In this document: positions 11,333-21,609 of the stretch, piece after piece
Position numbering within the stretch: position 1 is the first letter of the stretch
Layout of the letters: each line of letters opens with the position of its first letter
Assembly (NCBI GenBank): GCA_963666315.2
Contig: CAXXHG010000021.1
Span: forward strand, 128,001 to 192,000
Length of the DNA: 64,000 bases
Direction of reading: 5' to 3'
Source: Candidatus Binatia bacterium
Lineage (GTDB): Bacteria; Desulfobacterota; Binatia; Bin18
Program-made: the position numbers and the translations under genes
The notes under the pieces: model-generated
The model's database searches: none
Told to the model about the DNA's origin: nothing
Seen by the model: the letters and a program-made list of their open reading frames with translations, nothing else

Positions 11333-12172
11333 ATGCGTGCCGTTAAGAAACCGGAAACATCGGACGACTGGGTCTGGCAGGCGATTCGAGAAGAGGCAGC
11401 CCGTGAGGCTGACAGTGAACCTGTTCTGGCTAGTTTCTTACACTCGATTATTCTGAATCATGCCTCGCTGGAGGAAGCGCTGAGCTATCATCTGGCAGGC
11501 AAGCTGACCAACCTGAATCTGCCGTCCATAACTCTGCGTGACATCATCATGGAAGCTATGGCGGCTGATGCAAAGATCGGTCAAGCAGTCCGGGCGGATA
11601 TTTGTGCCGTGCGGGATCGTGACCCTGCGTGTACTCTTTATTCAGCGCCCTTGCTGTATTACAAAGGCCTGCATGCGCTGGAAGCCTACCGCGTTTCTCA
11701 CTGGCTGTGGACCCAAAACCGACACACTCTGGCGTTCTGTTTCCAGAATCGAATTTCAGAAGTCTTTTGCGTTGATATTCATCCGGCAGCACGTATCGGT
11801 TCAGGCATCTTTATCGACCATGGCAGCAGTCTGGTGATTGGTGAGACTGCGGTGGTTGAAGACAATGTATCCATGCTGCAAGGGGTGACTCTTGGTGGAA
11901 CTGGTAAAGAGTCGGGCGACCGCCATCCTAAAGTTCGCACCGGCGTGCTTATTAGTGCCGGAGCAATGATTCTCGGCAATGTTGAAATCGGTGCAAATGC
12001 CAAAGTTGGCGCGAACAGTGTGGTGCTCATTGATGTCCCGTCTGGATGCACGGTTGCTGGCGTGCCCGCCAAGCTGGTTGGCCGTTGCGCCAAGCTCCAA
12101 CAGCCTGCTCTTGAGATGGATCATAATCTTCCGACCGACGGCGAGACTGAGAATTCTCGAAGAGGTATCTGA
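11333..12172 (+). CDS. cysE: Serine O-acetyltransferase
   Basis: RDRDPAC, KGLHALEAYR, VDIHPAARIG, GVTLGGTGKESGDRHPKV. RBS GAGGAGG. Confidence 0.95.
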   Translation: MRAVKKPETSDDWVWQAIREEAAREADSEPVLASFLHSIILNHASLEEALSYHLAGKLTNLNLPSITLRDIIMEAMAADAKIGQAVRADICAVRDRDPACTLYSAPLLYYKGLHALEAYRVSHWLWTQNRHTLAFCFQNRISEVFCVDIHPAARIGSGIFIDHGSSLVIGETAVVEDNVSMLQGVTLGGTGKESGDRHPKVRTGVLISAGAMILGNVEIGANAKVGANSVVLIDVPSGCTVAGVPAKLVGRCAKLQQPALEMDHNLPTDGETENSRRGI

Positions 12173-12397
12173 AGACCTACACCAGCATCCGTTCCTGTCC
12201 ACCACAGAATCGTTTAATCAGAGCGATGAGCTCTTCCGCAGCAGTTTGTAGGGAGGCGTCGCCAGTCGTTGCATTCCCCTGCACGATATAAAAGCAAGCG
12301 GTAGTATTCAGGCTGATTTTGGTTTTATCGCCCTGGCGCACTTCAAGGCGACACAATACATCTCCACTGTCGTCGATGTATGCGTATTCACCGGAGC

Positions 12398-13198
12398 TCA
12401 CGACCTGCGGCTTATCTGAGCCCCACCAAAAAAAAATCTGAAATTGATGGGCACACCCTCTTTGAGATGTTGTTCGCGGATCGCCGCCCCGCGCTCAGCG
12501 CCAAAATGATACGAGGCTACACGCACGGCTTTTTCTCCGGACGCGTCGAACGCCTCGATCAACTCGCGGGTGACATACATTTGCAGCGCGGCAAAAACAC
12601 CGATCGTACGCCGGGTGAGCCGAATAGCTTGGGTTGGTTGCGTGAAAACATCTTCGAGCGGAGTTGTATGAATGTCCTCAGACGCCCCACGATAGGTCCA
12701 GGTGAGCTGCCACGGGGTCTACGGGTCGAGCGAAATGTCCGCATACTCCACCCCGGTTGCTTCAGCATAGCCCGCCGCGATTCCAGCCAGAACGTTGCGC
12801 TAAAACAGCGCAAGGACCTCGCCGCCATCACGGGTGTGAAAATAATCCGTCCCTGGCACGCAGGGGAAGGTGACCGTTACGCGGGCCGGCGTGGCATGTA
12901 TCTCAAAAGCCTCATTCAGTGCGGCAAGAACATAATCCCCGGTGTCCCAGTTGCGAACGAGGGAGAGCGCGCTTCGTCCCGCAGCGAACGTTTCCGGACG
13001 ATCGCGCAGGTATTGGCCGCGGTAATAGCCATAGCGCCGAAACCCTTGCTCCAAGACCAGCAGACCGTTCGCGCCAAAACGTTCGGAAACCGAGCGAAAC
13101 AGGCTGCGCAGAAAAATCCACTGGTAGCCGTAAAAAGCGGCCATTGAGTCAATCAAGCCCGTACGGTGGGCGTCGTCTGTATCACACTGGCTTGACAT
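12398..13198 (-). pseudogene. Protein with two ATC-hydrolase-like (L-2-aminothiazoline-4-carboxylate hydrolase) repeats, fragmented
   Basis: Repeated pattern ERFGANGLLVLEQGFRRYGYYRGQYLR and EAFDASGEKAVRVASYHFGAERGAAIR, split over frames. Confidence 0.5.
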
Positions 13199-13241
13199 GA
13201 GGTCTTCCCTTTCGTTTCTGCTTTTCGCGGGACACTGGACC

Positions 13242-14561
13242 CTAGTCCGTGAACACCAAATGCCCGGCCTCATTCTGGGCACGGATCTTAGCCTTGATAT
13301 CTTCCGAGAGTTCGATTTTTCTGTGTGCAGGGAATTTCTCTTGGTCTATGGTCGGACGCAGAAAATATTGCTCCGGCGTGAGGACTTCCGACTGGCTTTT
13401 GCGTTGAGCAAAATACCACATGCGCGGTAGCACGCCGGGACTAAAAAAAACTTCTTGGTCTTCGGCTGACCACTCTTTGAGATGGTGGGTGTCGTGCACG
13501 CTATAGCGCATATAGTCGAGGGTCACATCCCAGTAATGGTTAAACAGTATGCTGTAGCCTTTATCGCCCATGTTTGGGTTACGGTGCGTGGCTATGCGGG
13601 TTTCAATAAAAATGAGATTCCCGTCTCGTCCGTACTGTTCCATCCGTAAAGGATAAAAATAGTGTTTATCCAACCAATAAATGATTTTCGGTGCATAATA
13701 GTTGGGCAGCCAGTCTTCTTTGACTGTGGTTTCAAGCACCCAACAATCAATGCCACCCTCTTTGGTATAAAAGAGGTAGTCATCCCCCATCATTTTGATC
13801 TGATCAGTCGCGACATCGTGCAGCGTGCCATCAGATTTGCCCAGGGTAACGACGGGCCGCGTATTGGGGAAGCGGACGGTTTGATACAAGGTGTCCGCGC
13901 CGATCAGCTTCCAGGAAAATTCCCACGGGTCACGACCGAAGATATCGTCAAAACTCTCGGCTCCCTCGGCAAGCTTGTCGCCGCGGCGCGGCTGAGGCTG
14001 ACGCCGGACTCGGCGTAGGCTGGGCGAGTAGGCGAACATATCCCAGCGCGTGGCCGAGTCGCCACCGGCGCGATATTGGGTGATGAACATCTGATTGCCG
14101 AGGTCTTCAGGTGGATAAAAATTTTGTCCAGTGATCTTCCGCGTCGGCTCGCCCGGCTCCGTCCCGTATAATTCTCCCTCAAAGCCTTGCCCGCCGGTTG
14201 CATTCGGCACGTAGAAGATGGGGCTGTGCATTTTATTAGTAATCAAATACCCGTGTGCGGTCAGGGCGCCGCTGACATCAACAAAATTGCACGACCAACG
14301 CGGGGAGTGGCTGAACTCCATGGCCCGATAGCCCATTTCTTCGGCTGTGTACGGTGGCTCAAACGGGTATCGTTCGGCCGGCATATAGGGACGTTCCGGA
14401 TCGCGCGGGGTTGCGGTACGTGTATCGAAAAGTTTACGCTCTTCTGGTGTGAACTCAGCAACGGTCCGCCACGTCTTTGTTGCCGCAGGAGCATCAGCCG
14501 TTAGTGCGCATGAACACAGAATACTGAAAATATAGAGTAAGAGAGCAAAGCTGCTCTTCAT
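13242..14561 (-). CDS. Secreted DUF1329 / LolA-like fold protein (subfamily 1)
   Basis: Signal peptide, YSPSLRRVRR motif, DDIFGRDPWEFSWKLIG, KIIYWLD. Clear paralog of 57129..58445. Confidence 0.75.
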   Translation of the reverse strand: MKSSFALLLYIFSILCSCALTADAPAATKTWRTVAEFTPEERKLFDTRTATPRDPERPYMPAERYPFEPPYTAEEMGYRAMEFSHSPRWSCNFVDVSGALTAHGYLITNKMHSPIFYVPNATGGQGFEGELYGTEPGEPTRKITGQNFYPPEDLGNQMFITQYRAGGDSATRWDMFAYSPSLRRVRRQPQPRRGDKLAEGAESFDDIFGRDPWEFSWKLIGADTLYQTVRFPNTRPVVTLGKSDGTLHDVATDQIKMMGDDYLFYTKEGGIDCWVLETTVKEDWLPNYYAPKIIYWLDKHYFYPLRMEQYGRDGNLIFIETRIATHRNPNMGDKGYSILFNHYWDVTLDYMRYSVHDTHHLKEWSAEDQEVFFSPGVLPRMWYFAQRKSQSEVLTPEQYFLRPTIDQEKFPAHRKIELSEDIKAKIRAQNEAGHLVFTD

Positions 14562-14766
14562 GAGCCCTCCTTAGAATCCCCGAATCATTGGGAATTTGTT
14601 GCTTCGTGATCCTACGTGGTGCCAGATAGACCCGCAACCTACTCTTAGGTACCAATCTGACGCAGGGATTTCAGACCTGCCCGCTGTTTGCAGAGCTAGC
14701 TGCTTGCAGAACTGTCTTCGCGTGATAGAGCTACGGCACGATAGCCTGTTGGATTAGGAGACGGCA

Positions 14767-15313
14767 ATGAGGCAGAGACGCATCGGAGTCGTACTGATCG
14801 TATTATTTCTGCTGGGTGTAGAAGCGCGCGCGCAGACGTCGGAGCAACAACAGGAAACCCTGCGCGGTTTGTCCGGCATCGCGGTGATGGTTGAACCTCT
14901 CAATGCTGAGGCTGAGCAGGATGGACTGAGCACACAGCAATTGCAGGCGGCTGTTGAAAGACAACTGCACGAGGCCGGTATGCGCGTGCTCTCCAAAGAC
15001 GAATGGTCAACCACCCTCGGTGGTCCGTATCTATACATCAACGTCGCTGCGCTCAAGGAAGGATGATGGGCTGTATGCCTATGCCATTGAAGTGTGTGTC
15101 AATCAACTGGTGGCCCTCCTGCGCGATCAGGAAATCAAACAATTCGCCGAGACCTGGGAGAGACGCGAGGTCGGTACGGTCGGAGTCGAGAAGCTGGCCT
15201 CTCTAGAACAGAGTGTGGCCGCCCACGTTGAGGCTTTTGTGACTGCCTATCGGGCGGTTAATCCGGGGCAAGACGACGGAAAGGCTCTGCGGAGAAATTC
15301 GGAAAAGCAATGA
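14767..15313 (+). pseudogene. Secreted hypothetical protein, frameshifted by AAGG duplication near 15055-15062
   Basis: Signal peptide, ETLRGLSGIAVMVE...PYLYINV then YAYAIEV...FVTAYRAVNP. Its stop overlaps the TonB receptor start (ATGA). Confidence 0.65.
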
Positions 15314-17517
15314 TCTTTTCTCGTGTTTTGGCGTGTTTTGTCCTGGCTGGAAGCGTGGTGGGGTGGATTGCTGTTGGCTGGTCCCAAACGTCCGGTCCAG
15401 TTGGTCCCATTACGCTGCCTGAGATCGAGGTACGCGGAACGACACCTTTGATGAGCCTGGCGGTGCCGCGTGAACAGGTTCCCGTCAATGTGCAGGTCCT
15501 TAGCGGCGAACGGATACGCAAACGTGGCGCGGTGAATTTGACCGACACACTTGCACGCGATCTGGCCGGTGTAAATCTGACCCACGTGCAAAGTAATCCG
15601 TTTCAGCCCGATGTCACCTATCGAGGATTTACGAGTTCATTCCTGCTTGGCACCCCACCCGGACTCAGCGTCTTTGTGGATGGCGTCCGCATCAACGAAC
15701 CATTAGCCGATCAAGTCAATTGGGATCTCATTCCCACTGATGCGATTGATCGTCTGGAACTGATACCCGGCTCAAATCCGGTCTATGGCCGGAATACGCT
15801 GGGCGGCGCGATTGTGATGCGCACCAAACGCGGCTTTACCCATCCTGGCACGACGGCTGAGGTATGGGGCGGCAGTTTTGCCCGCTATCGGACCTTGCTC
15901 CAAACCGGCGGTAGTATGGGCAACTTCGACTATTTTGTGTCCGGCAATCTCTTTCTCGAAGATGGCTACCGGGATTTTTCAAAGAGCCATGTCGGCCAGC
16001 TGTTCGGCAAGGTCGGCTATCTTGGCAGCCAGGATGATATCAGCCTTTCCCTGACACATGTGAATAATAAACTGACCGGCAACGGCCCCTTGCCGGAAAG
16101 CCGTCTCAAGCGTGATCGGTCCGCGATCTTTACCCATCCGGATATATATGAGCCTGACCTGTGGTTTGTAAATGGACAATACCAGCGTGACCTGGGACGC
16201 ACGTTCTCTTTGGCAGCGAATGTGTACGGCCGTCTCCTGGATGTAGATCAGTTTAATCGTGACGTTGGGGAAGATTTGGACGCCCGAACCAATCAGAAAG
16301 GCTGGGGCGGCGTACTGCAGCTTGTGTATCAAGAGACGGTACGCGGAATTCTGATCACGGCAACGGTCGGTGGCGATTATACCGGCGCGAGGTTGGATCA
16401 TCTGATCGCGGAGCGAAAGTTGGGCGAAGATGATGACGCTGAGGTCAACGCGTTTGCTTCAAACACGTTTGCTTCAAACGCGCTCGCACCGCTTGAGATC
16501 GCAACCAATGTCAAAATACAAACACATGCCGGCGGGCCGTTTTTCACCATCAGTGCCGAGCCCATAGCGCGCCTCACGGTCACGGTCTCTGGCCGCTATG
16601 ATGTCACACATTTGAAAATTAAAGATCGCTTGGCGGGGCATGATGACAATGCTGCCGGGACGGATGCGGGCGGCCGTCATACGTTTGACCGCTTCAACCC
16701 TGCCCTGGGCGCAACCTATAAACTGGGCGAGAATCTGAGTGTGTATGCGAACTATAGTGAGAGCTACCGGGCGCCCACGGCTATCGAGCTGACCTGCGCG
16801 AATCCGGAAGAGCCGTGTCCCATTCCGACAGCCCTGGTGGATGATCCGCCGCTGGATGCGGTCAAAGGCAAGACCTGGGAGACGGGTCTTCGCTGGGCTT
16901 TCCCGCCCTACCTTGACGCCACACTGGCATTCTTTCGAACAGACCTGAACGATGACATTCTGTTCCAGAACGAGCCGGAGAGCCGGGTGCTGGGATTCTT
17001 TCAGAACGTTGAGACAACGCGGCGCCAAGGTATCGAGCTGTTACTGCATGGCGTCTGGAACTGGGGCAACTGGTTTCTCAATTACACCCTCACTGACGCC
17101 ACATTTGAGGATGATATCCAACTCTTCACCTTTGGCAATGAAGACCGCTTGGCCCACGTCCGGGCGGGTGACCGGCTGCCGCTTGTCCCGCCGCATCGAC
17201 TCAACGCAGGTTTTGAATTGCAGCTCGCTCCACGCTGGCAACTCCAGCTTGATGCTGTATATGTTGACGAGCAATATCTGCGCGGGGATGAGTCGAATGA
17301 GCACGGCCGCCTGGACCCATACTTTGTTGCCAACGCGCAGATAACGTATCAATACGAGAACTTCGATATTTTCCTACGTATAGAAAATCTATTCGACACA
17401 GACTACGAAACCTATGGCGCGTTCTTTGAGAACGTGGTTGATGACACTGGCACCGAACGTTTCTTTGGACCTGGAGCGCCGTTTGGGGCATTCGGTGGTA
17501 TGCGTGTACACTTTTAA
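15310..17517 (+). CDS. TonB-dependent outer-membrane receptor
   Basis: Signal peptide, LPEIEV TonB-box-like segment, plug motif IDRLELIPGSNPVYGRNTLGGAI, IENLFDTDY, terminal Phe. Confidence 0.93.
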   Translation: MIFSRVLACFVLAGSVVGWIAVGWSQTSGPVGPITLPEIEVRGTTPLMSLAVPREQVPVNVQVLSGERIRKRGAVNLTDTLARDLAGVNLTHVQSNPFQPDVTYRGFTSSFLLGTPPGLSVFVDGVRINEPLADQVNWDLIPTDAIDRLELIPGSNPVYGRNTLGGAIVMRTKRGFTHPGTTAEVWGGSFARYRTLLQTGGSMGNFDYFVSGNLFLEDGYRDFSKSHVGQLFGKVGYLGSQDDISLSLTHVNNKLTGNGPLPESRLKRDRSAIFTHPDIYEPDLWFVNGQYQRDLGRTFSLAANVYGRLLDVDQFNRDVGEDLDARTNQKGWGGVLQLVYQETVRGILITATVGGDYTGARLDHLIAERKLGEDDDAEVNAFASNTFASNALAPLEIATNVKIQTHAGGPFFTISAEPIARLTVTVSGRYDVTHLKIKDRLAGHDDNAAGTDAGGRHTFDRFNPALGATYKLGENLSVYANYSESYRAPTAIELTCANPEEPCPIPTALVDDPPLDAVKGKTWETGLRWAFPPYLDATLAFFRTDLNDDILFQNEPESRVLGFFQNVETTRRQGIELLLHGVWNWGNWFLNYTLTDATFEDDIQLFTFGNEDRLAHVRAGDRLPLVPPHRLNAGFELQLAPRWQLQLDAVYVDEQYLRGDESNEHGRLDPYFVANAQITYQYENFDIFLRIENLFDTDYETYGAFFENVVDDTGTERFFGPGAPFGAFGGMRVHF

Positions 17518-18854
17518 CGCCGTCCCTCAGTCAGTCTGTTCACGTCGTATATGCTCAGCACTTCCTCGCTGTCTATAGGTGGATAGCTTATATCAAGAGC
17601 CGGAAATAACGATGCTTGCCCGGTTCTCACGTCAACAACGGCGACACCCAGATAGCAGCTGATCTGCGTGCCTGCATTCATTTTCCGATGATCGGAGGCA
17701 TCCTCAGACCAGGCATGCTGCATCGCCCACACCTTCCAGAGCTTGCCTGCGCGGTCAAAAGCAAAAGCCGAAACGGCCCGATAGGTTTGGGCGTCGAGAA
17801 ATAAAATCTTACTGCTATACGGGTGATTGGCTCGTTTGGGGACCTGTTCGACAACGAGGGCTTTGCGCAACTCCCAGCGACCAAGCGCGGCTCTGCCATG
17901 AGGGCCATAATAGCGTGCATACGCGTACTGGGTGTTCATGATGTGCAAGACGTCCTTCCAGCCGTGGAAGGTCCACTCATAGTCCAGGACACGGCCTGAG
18001 AAACCAAAGAAGTCGTCAAGCGTCGTATCTGAGCCTTGGAAGGAGTCGGCCTTTTCTTCAGCGGACACCCGACGGACTTTGCGTAGGGAAGGAATATAGG
18101 TCCAAGCCTGGTCAGCCTGGTGGGGATCGCTGGAGCGCTGAATGAGGATACGCAAGCCGCGCATTTCATACGGGTCGGTGAATTCAGTGATGTCTTTCCA
18201 CTCAAATTGTTCAGCCCCAGGAACCGGAAGTGTGTAGTTCTGCTCTGGGAGCATGGCGATGTGGCTGTGATACACGCGCTGGTAGCGTTGCAGCAGAACG
18301 CGCTCGACCGTGCCACCGGATTGAAGGAGATCCTCCGGTAAGCCGGGCAAGGCACCATGCGTACCACCTGGTTTGAGCATGATAGTGGCGAAGGTGCCGA
18401 CCTTTGGGCCGTAATGCTGCCAACGGAAGTTGAAATTCCAGCCGATTTTGAGACCAGAGGTGGGATCTGAGGGGTCGAGCTGGTCGGTAGGGAAAGGCTG
18501 GCCAGCAACATAGCCTTCGAGGCTACCGTCTTGTGCCAAACGCGTTTGGCTAGCATATTTTTCCGTGGCTTCGAGATAATCCTTACGCGGTGCGTAGTCA
18601 CCCGTCGGTGTAATTTCAAACGTCACTTCTGGGAACTGAAATTCTTCAAAATAGCCGGGTGGGATAAATGGGCGGAGTTTCTCAATATCGTCGAATGTGA
18701 GTGTATCGCTGGGCTGAAAATTCGGCTGGGCCTGTTTGTGTTGTGCAACCCACTGCAGCAGAGTGTCGCGAGTCATGGCGCGGCGTTCATCTTGCGCCCA
18801 ACTCGGTCCGGTCCATACCAATAAGCCCATTATTAATAGAAGAATAAGCTGCAT
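17514..18854 (-). CDS. Secreted DUF1329 domain protein (subfamily 2)
   Basis: Signal peptide, AGQPFP, WTYIPSLRKVRR, TLDDFFGFSG, HPYSSKILFLD, FDRAGKLWK. Confidence 0.85.
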   Translation of the reverse strand: MQLILLLIMGLLVWTGPSWAQDERRAMTRDTLLQWVAQHKQAQPNFQPSDTLTFDDIEKLRPFIPPGYFEEFQFPEVTFEITPTGDYAPRKDYLEATEKYASQTRLAQDGSLEGYVAGQPFPTDQLDPSDPTSGLKIGWNFNFRWQHYGPKVGTFATIMLKPGGTHGALPGLPEDLLQSGGTVERVLLQRYQRVYHSHIAMLPEQNYTLPVPGAEQFEWKDITEFTDPYEMRGLRILIQRSSDPHQADQAWTYIPSLRKVRRVSAEEKADSFQGSDTTLDDFFGFSGRVLDYEWTFHGWKDVLHIMNTQYAYARYYGPHGRAALGRWELRKALVVEQVPKRANHPYSSKILFLDAQTYRAVSAFAFDRAGKLWKVWAMQHAWSEDASDHRKMNAGTQISCYLGVAVVDVRTGQASLFPALDISYPPIDSEEVLSIYDVNRLTEGRR

Positions 18855-19064
18855 TCGCCCTCCCCCACGTTCTCTGTGCTTTGTCCATCTATATTGCGCG
18901 GATCAGCCTAACGATTCTCTCTCGGGATGCAAGCCCATTATCCCACACAGCCGCTTTTATCCAACAAAAGTCTTTGCAAAAGACAAATGCTTGGCTATGT
19001 TGACGGCGGATACGATCCCGTCAGGTCTATCTCAAGCAGAGATGCAGAAACAAAGGAGGCCGTC

Positions 19065-19631
19065 ATGAAAACGATTACGGTGAGCCCAGAGGAAATGGAA
19101 TCTTGTATTGCCCGCTTTCACGATCTCAAGCCCATCCTAGCGATGCAAAACGACAAAATACCGTTAGCAGCGCGGGATTATATTTACGCGCGCAAACTAT
19201 TGCCGGTGATTTCCTCTAAAGGTGGGGAAGGGCCATTTGGACCGGCGCCGATTGCTGAAGCTGATGGCTATTCTATGACGATGGCGGTCTGTCCGCCCAA
19301 CCAAGGGCCGGGGCTACATGCGCATCATAAGACGTATGAAACTTTTACCTGTCTCAAAGGGACATTTAAAATTCAGTGGGGCGACGACGGCGAACACGAG
19401 CTTGTCTTGAACCTCTTTGATACGATCTCAGTCCCGCCAGGCGTGTGCCGCTGCTTCACCAATATTGGTGAGGATGAGGGTATTCTCCAAGTGCTGGTTA
19501 CTGGTGGGGTGCACGATATGCAAGATATTGCGTTTCCGCCGAGTGTGGCTGAACAGATAGACCAGACCGGCCCCGGAGTGTTAGAGGAGATTAAGAAAAC
19601 GGGCCTCGCGTTTAACGCGGGTGTGGAATAG
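19065..19631 (+). CDS. Cupin domain protein
   Basis: GPGLHAHHKTYETF, DTISVPPGVCRCFTN. RBS AAGGAGG. Confidence 0.85.
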   Translation: MKTITVSPEEMESCIARFHDLKPILAMQNDKIPLAARDYIYARKLLPVISSKGGEGPFGPAPIAEADGYSMTMAVCPPNQGPGLHAHHKTYETFTCLKGTFKIQWGDDGEHELVLNLFDTISVPPGVCRCFTNIGEDEGILQVLVTGGVHDMQDIAFPPSVAEQIDQTGPGVLEEIKKTGLAFNAGVE

Positions 19632-19654
19632 ACAAAATTCTTAAGGAGGATGAC

Positions 19655-20140
19655 ATGAGTAATATTGAAGATCTCGCCAAACGGCTCCAGGTTTTGGAAG
19701 ACATCGAAGCCATCAAAAAAATGAAGGCGCAATACTGTGCGCATTGTGATGATGGTTACAACCCCGACGGCATTGCCGGATTGTTTGTTGAAGACGGGGT
19801 GTGGGACGGCGGGGTCGATGTGTTTGGCAAGTATGACGGTCGGGAAGCCATACGCAAGTTTTTTACTGGGGCGTCGAAAATGATCCCGTTTGCCATCCAT
19901 AATGTGATGAACCCTATCATTGAAGTAGATGGCGATAGCGCGACCGGACAGTGGTATCTCTTTCAGCCGTGCACCATGACTGAGAAAGATGGAGATAAAG
20001 CCGTGTGGGGTGCGGCCAAGTATTCCGACGACTATAAGCGGATCAATGGTGAATGGAAGATCCAGACCCTACGCGTCAAGTTTGAGTTCTGGACGCCATT
20101 TGAAAAGGGCTGGGTTGAAAAGAGAATGATTCAAGATTAG
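19655..20140 (+). CDS. SnoaL/NTF2-like (BaiE/LinA-like) protein
   Basis: RLQVLEDIEAIKKMKAQYC, HNVMNPIIEVDGDSATGQW, YSDDYKRINGEWKI. Confidence 0.88.
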   Translation: MSNIEDLAKRLQVLEDIEAIKKMKAQYCAHCDDGYNPDGIAGLFVEDGVWDGGVDVFGKYDGREAIRKFFTGASKMIPFAIHNVMNPIIEVDGDSATGQWYLFQPCTMTEKDGDKAVWGAAKYSDDYKRINGEWKIQTLRVKFEFWTPFEKGWVEKRMIQD

Positions 20141-20272
20141 AGTACGTTTAGAAGGTGGAGAGGATGTGTCATTGCGAGGAGCCTAGGCGACGAAGCAATC
20201 TCTTTTCCTGCCTCAGATTGCGTCGCTTCGCTCGCAATGACGTGTACGGTGGAGTTTCCAAACACCCTCTAG
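20138..20272. mobile_element. MITE-like element, palindromic cargo family B
   Basis: TAG direct repeats at 20138 and 20270, imperfect TIRs (GAGTACGTTTAGAA / GAGGGTGTTTGGAA), core GTCATTGCGAG...GCAATCT / AGATTGC...CTCGCAATGAC. Confidence 0.65.
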
Positions 20273-20299
20273 CTGTTTCACACTTTAAGGAGCAGAGAT

Positions 20300-21484
20300 A
20301 TGCAATTCTATAATTTCCATCTCATGCCCTGGCCACATTTACCCGAGGACTTTGACGACAAAGCCAAATATCCTTCTGCCTGGGTGACCCTTTCCAATAA
20401 GTATTATGACCCCGAAAAAGGCCACACACTCTACAACCAGTACCTAGACCAGATCGAATATGCAGAAAAGCTCGGGTTTGAGGGCGTGTGCGTCAACGAG
20501 CATCATCAAAACGCCTATGGCACGATGCCGTCGCCCAATATCGTGGCTGCCATGCTCGCGCGTCGGACCACGCGGATCAAGATTGCGATTATCGGCAACG
20601 GGCTGCCGCTGCGCGATCATCCGCTACGGGTGGCTGAAGAAGTCGCCATGCTGGACGTCGTTACGGGCGGCCGCATTATCTCCGGCTTCGTGCGTGGGAT
20701 CGGTGAGGAATACTATTCTATGGGGGTCAACCCCACGCATTCGCTGGCGCGCTTTCGTGAAGCGCATGATCTCATTGTTCGTGCCTGGACCGAGACTGGG
20801 CCGTTTCACTTTGACGGTGAACACTATCAAGTTCGCTACGTGAATATATGGCCACGACCGCTACAGAAACCTCACCCGCCGATCTGGATTCCCGGCTTTG
20901 GCAGTAAAGAAACCGTGGAATGGTGTGCCGAGCCGTCACGCAAATATCCCTATCTGGCTGTCTTTATGCCGGAGGATCTGGTGAAGTGGTTTTTTGATGC
21001 CTACCGGGAGGCGGCGGACCAGTATGGCTACGAAGCCTCGCCGTATCAAATGGGGCACTTATTACCCATCTATGTAGCAGAGACCGACAATCGGGCAGAA
21101 GAAGAAGCCAAAGCTCATATGTTGTGGCTCTACCATTATGGATTGCGCCATAAATGGGAGATGTTGTTCCCGCCAGGCTATACATCGGCGGCGTCAATGA
21201 AGCGCATTATGGCCCGTGCGGATGATTTTGATTATGGAAGTATGAGCTTCAAACAGCTCAACGAGCGAGGCTATTGCGTTGTTGGCAGCGCCAAAACTGT
21301 TCGAGACCGGCTTGCGCACTATGTGAAGGAACTCGGCTTCGGACTCCTGCTGCCGCTGCTGCACGTCGGGGATATGCCCCATCATCGAACGATCAAGAAC
21401 ATGGAATTGTTTGCCACCGAGGTGATGCCGGCGCTCCGAGAAGAGTTTAGCGATATGTCGCAACGCTGGCTGAAGGCAGCATAA
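20300..21484 (+). CDS. Luciferase-like (LLM) flavin-dependent oxidoreductase
   Basis: NEHHQNAYG, PLRVAEEVAMLD, GRIISGFVRG, PRPLQKPHPPIW. Confidence 0.92.
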   Translation: MQFYNFHLMPWPHLPEDFDDKAKYPSAWVTLSNKYYDPEKGHTLYNQYLDQIEYAEKLGFEGVCVNEHHQNAYGTMPSPNIVAAMLARRTTRIKIAIIGNGLPLRDHPLRVAEEVAMLDVVTGGRIISGFVRGIGEEYYSMGVNPTHSLARFREAHDLIVRAWTETGPFHFDGEHYQVRYVNIWPRPLQKPHPPIWIPGFGSKETVEWCAEPSRKYPYLAVFMPEDLVKWFFDAYREAADQYGYEASPYQMGHLLPIYVAETDNRAEEEAKAHMLWLYHYGLRHKWEMLFPPGYTSAASMKRIMARADDFDYGSMSFKQLNERGYCVVGSAKTVRDRLAHYVKELGFGLLLPLLHVGDMPHHRTIKNMELFATEVMPALREEFSDMSQRWLKAA

Positions 21485-21520
21485 ACGTATGGGGGTGACC
21501 CCGTGTTGTTGTTCTTTATT

Positions 21521-21584
21521 CGTAGGGCGCGCCCTGCGCACCGAGGGCGGGGGGTCAGGTTACGCTACGCTAACCTGACCTACG
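21521..21584. repeat. GTAG-type REP pair
   Basis: GTAGGGCGCGCCCTGCGCACC and inverted GGTCAGGTTACGCTACGCTAACCTGACCTAC. Confidence 0.75.
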
Positions 21585-21609
21585 GTCTGTACATACAAGG
21601 GGGAAGACC

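Noticed and set aside
12177-12401. 74-aa minus-strand ORF
   Set aside because: Possibly a C-terminal gene remnant, but I cannot assign a family or start.
12380-13147. 255-aa plus-strand ORF
   Set aside because: Antisense to the fragmented ATC-hydrolase-like gene, with an Arg-rich shadow composition.
17936-18619. 227-aa minus-strand ORF
   Set aside because: Alternative frame inside the DUF1329 gene.
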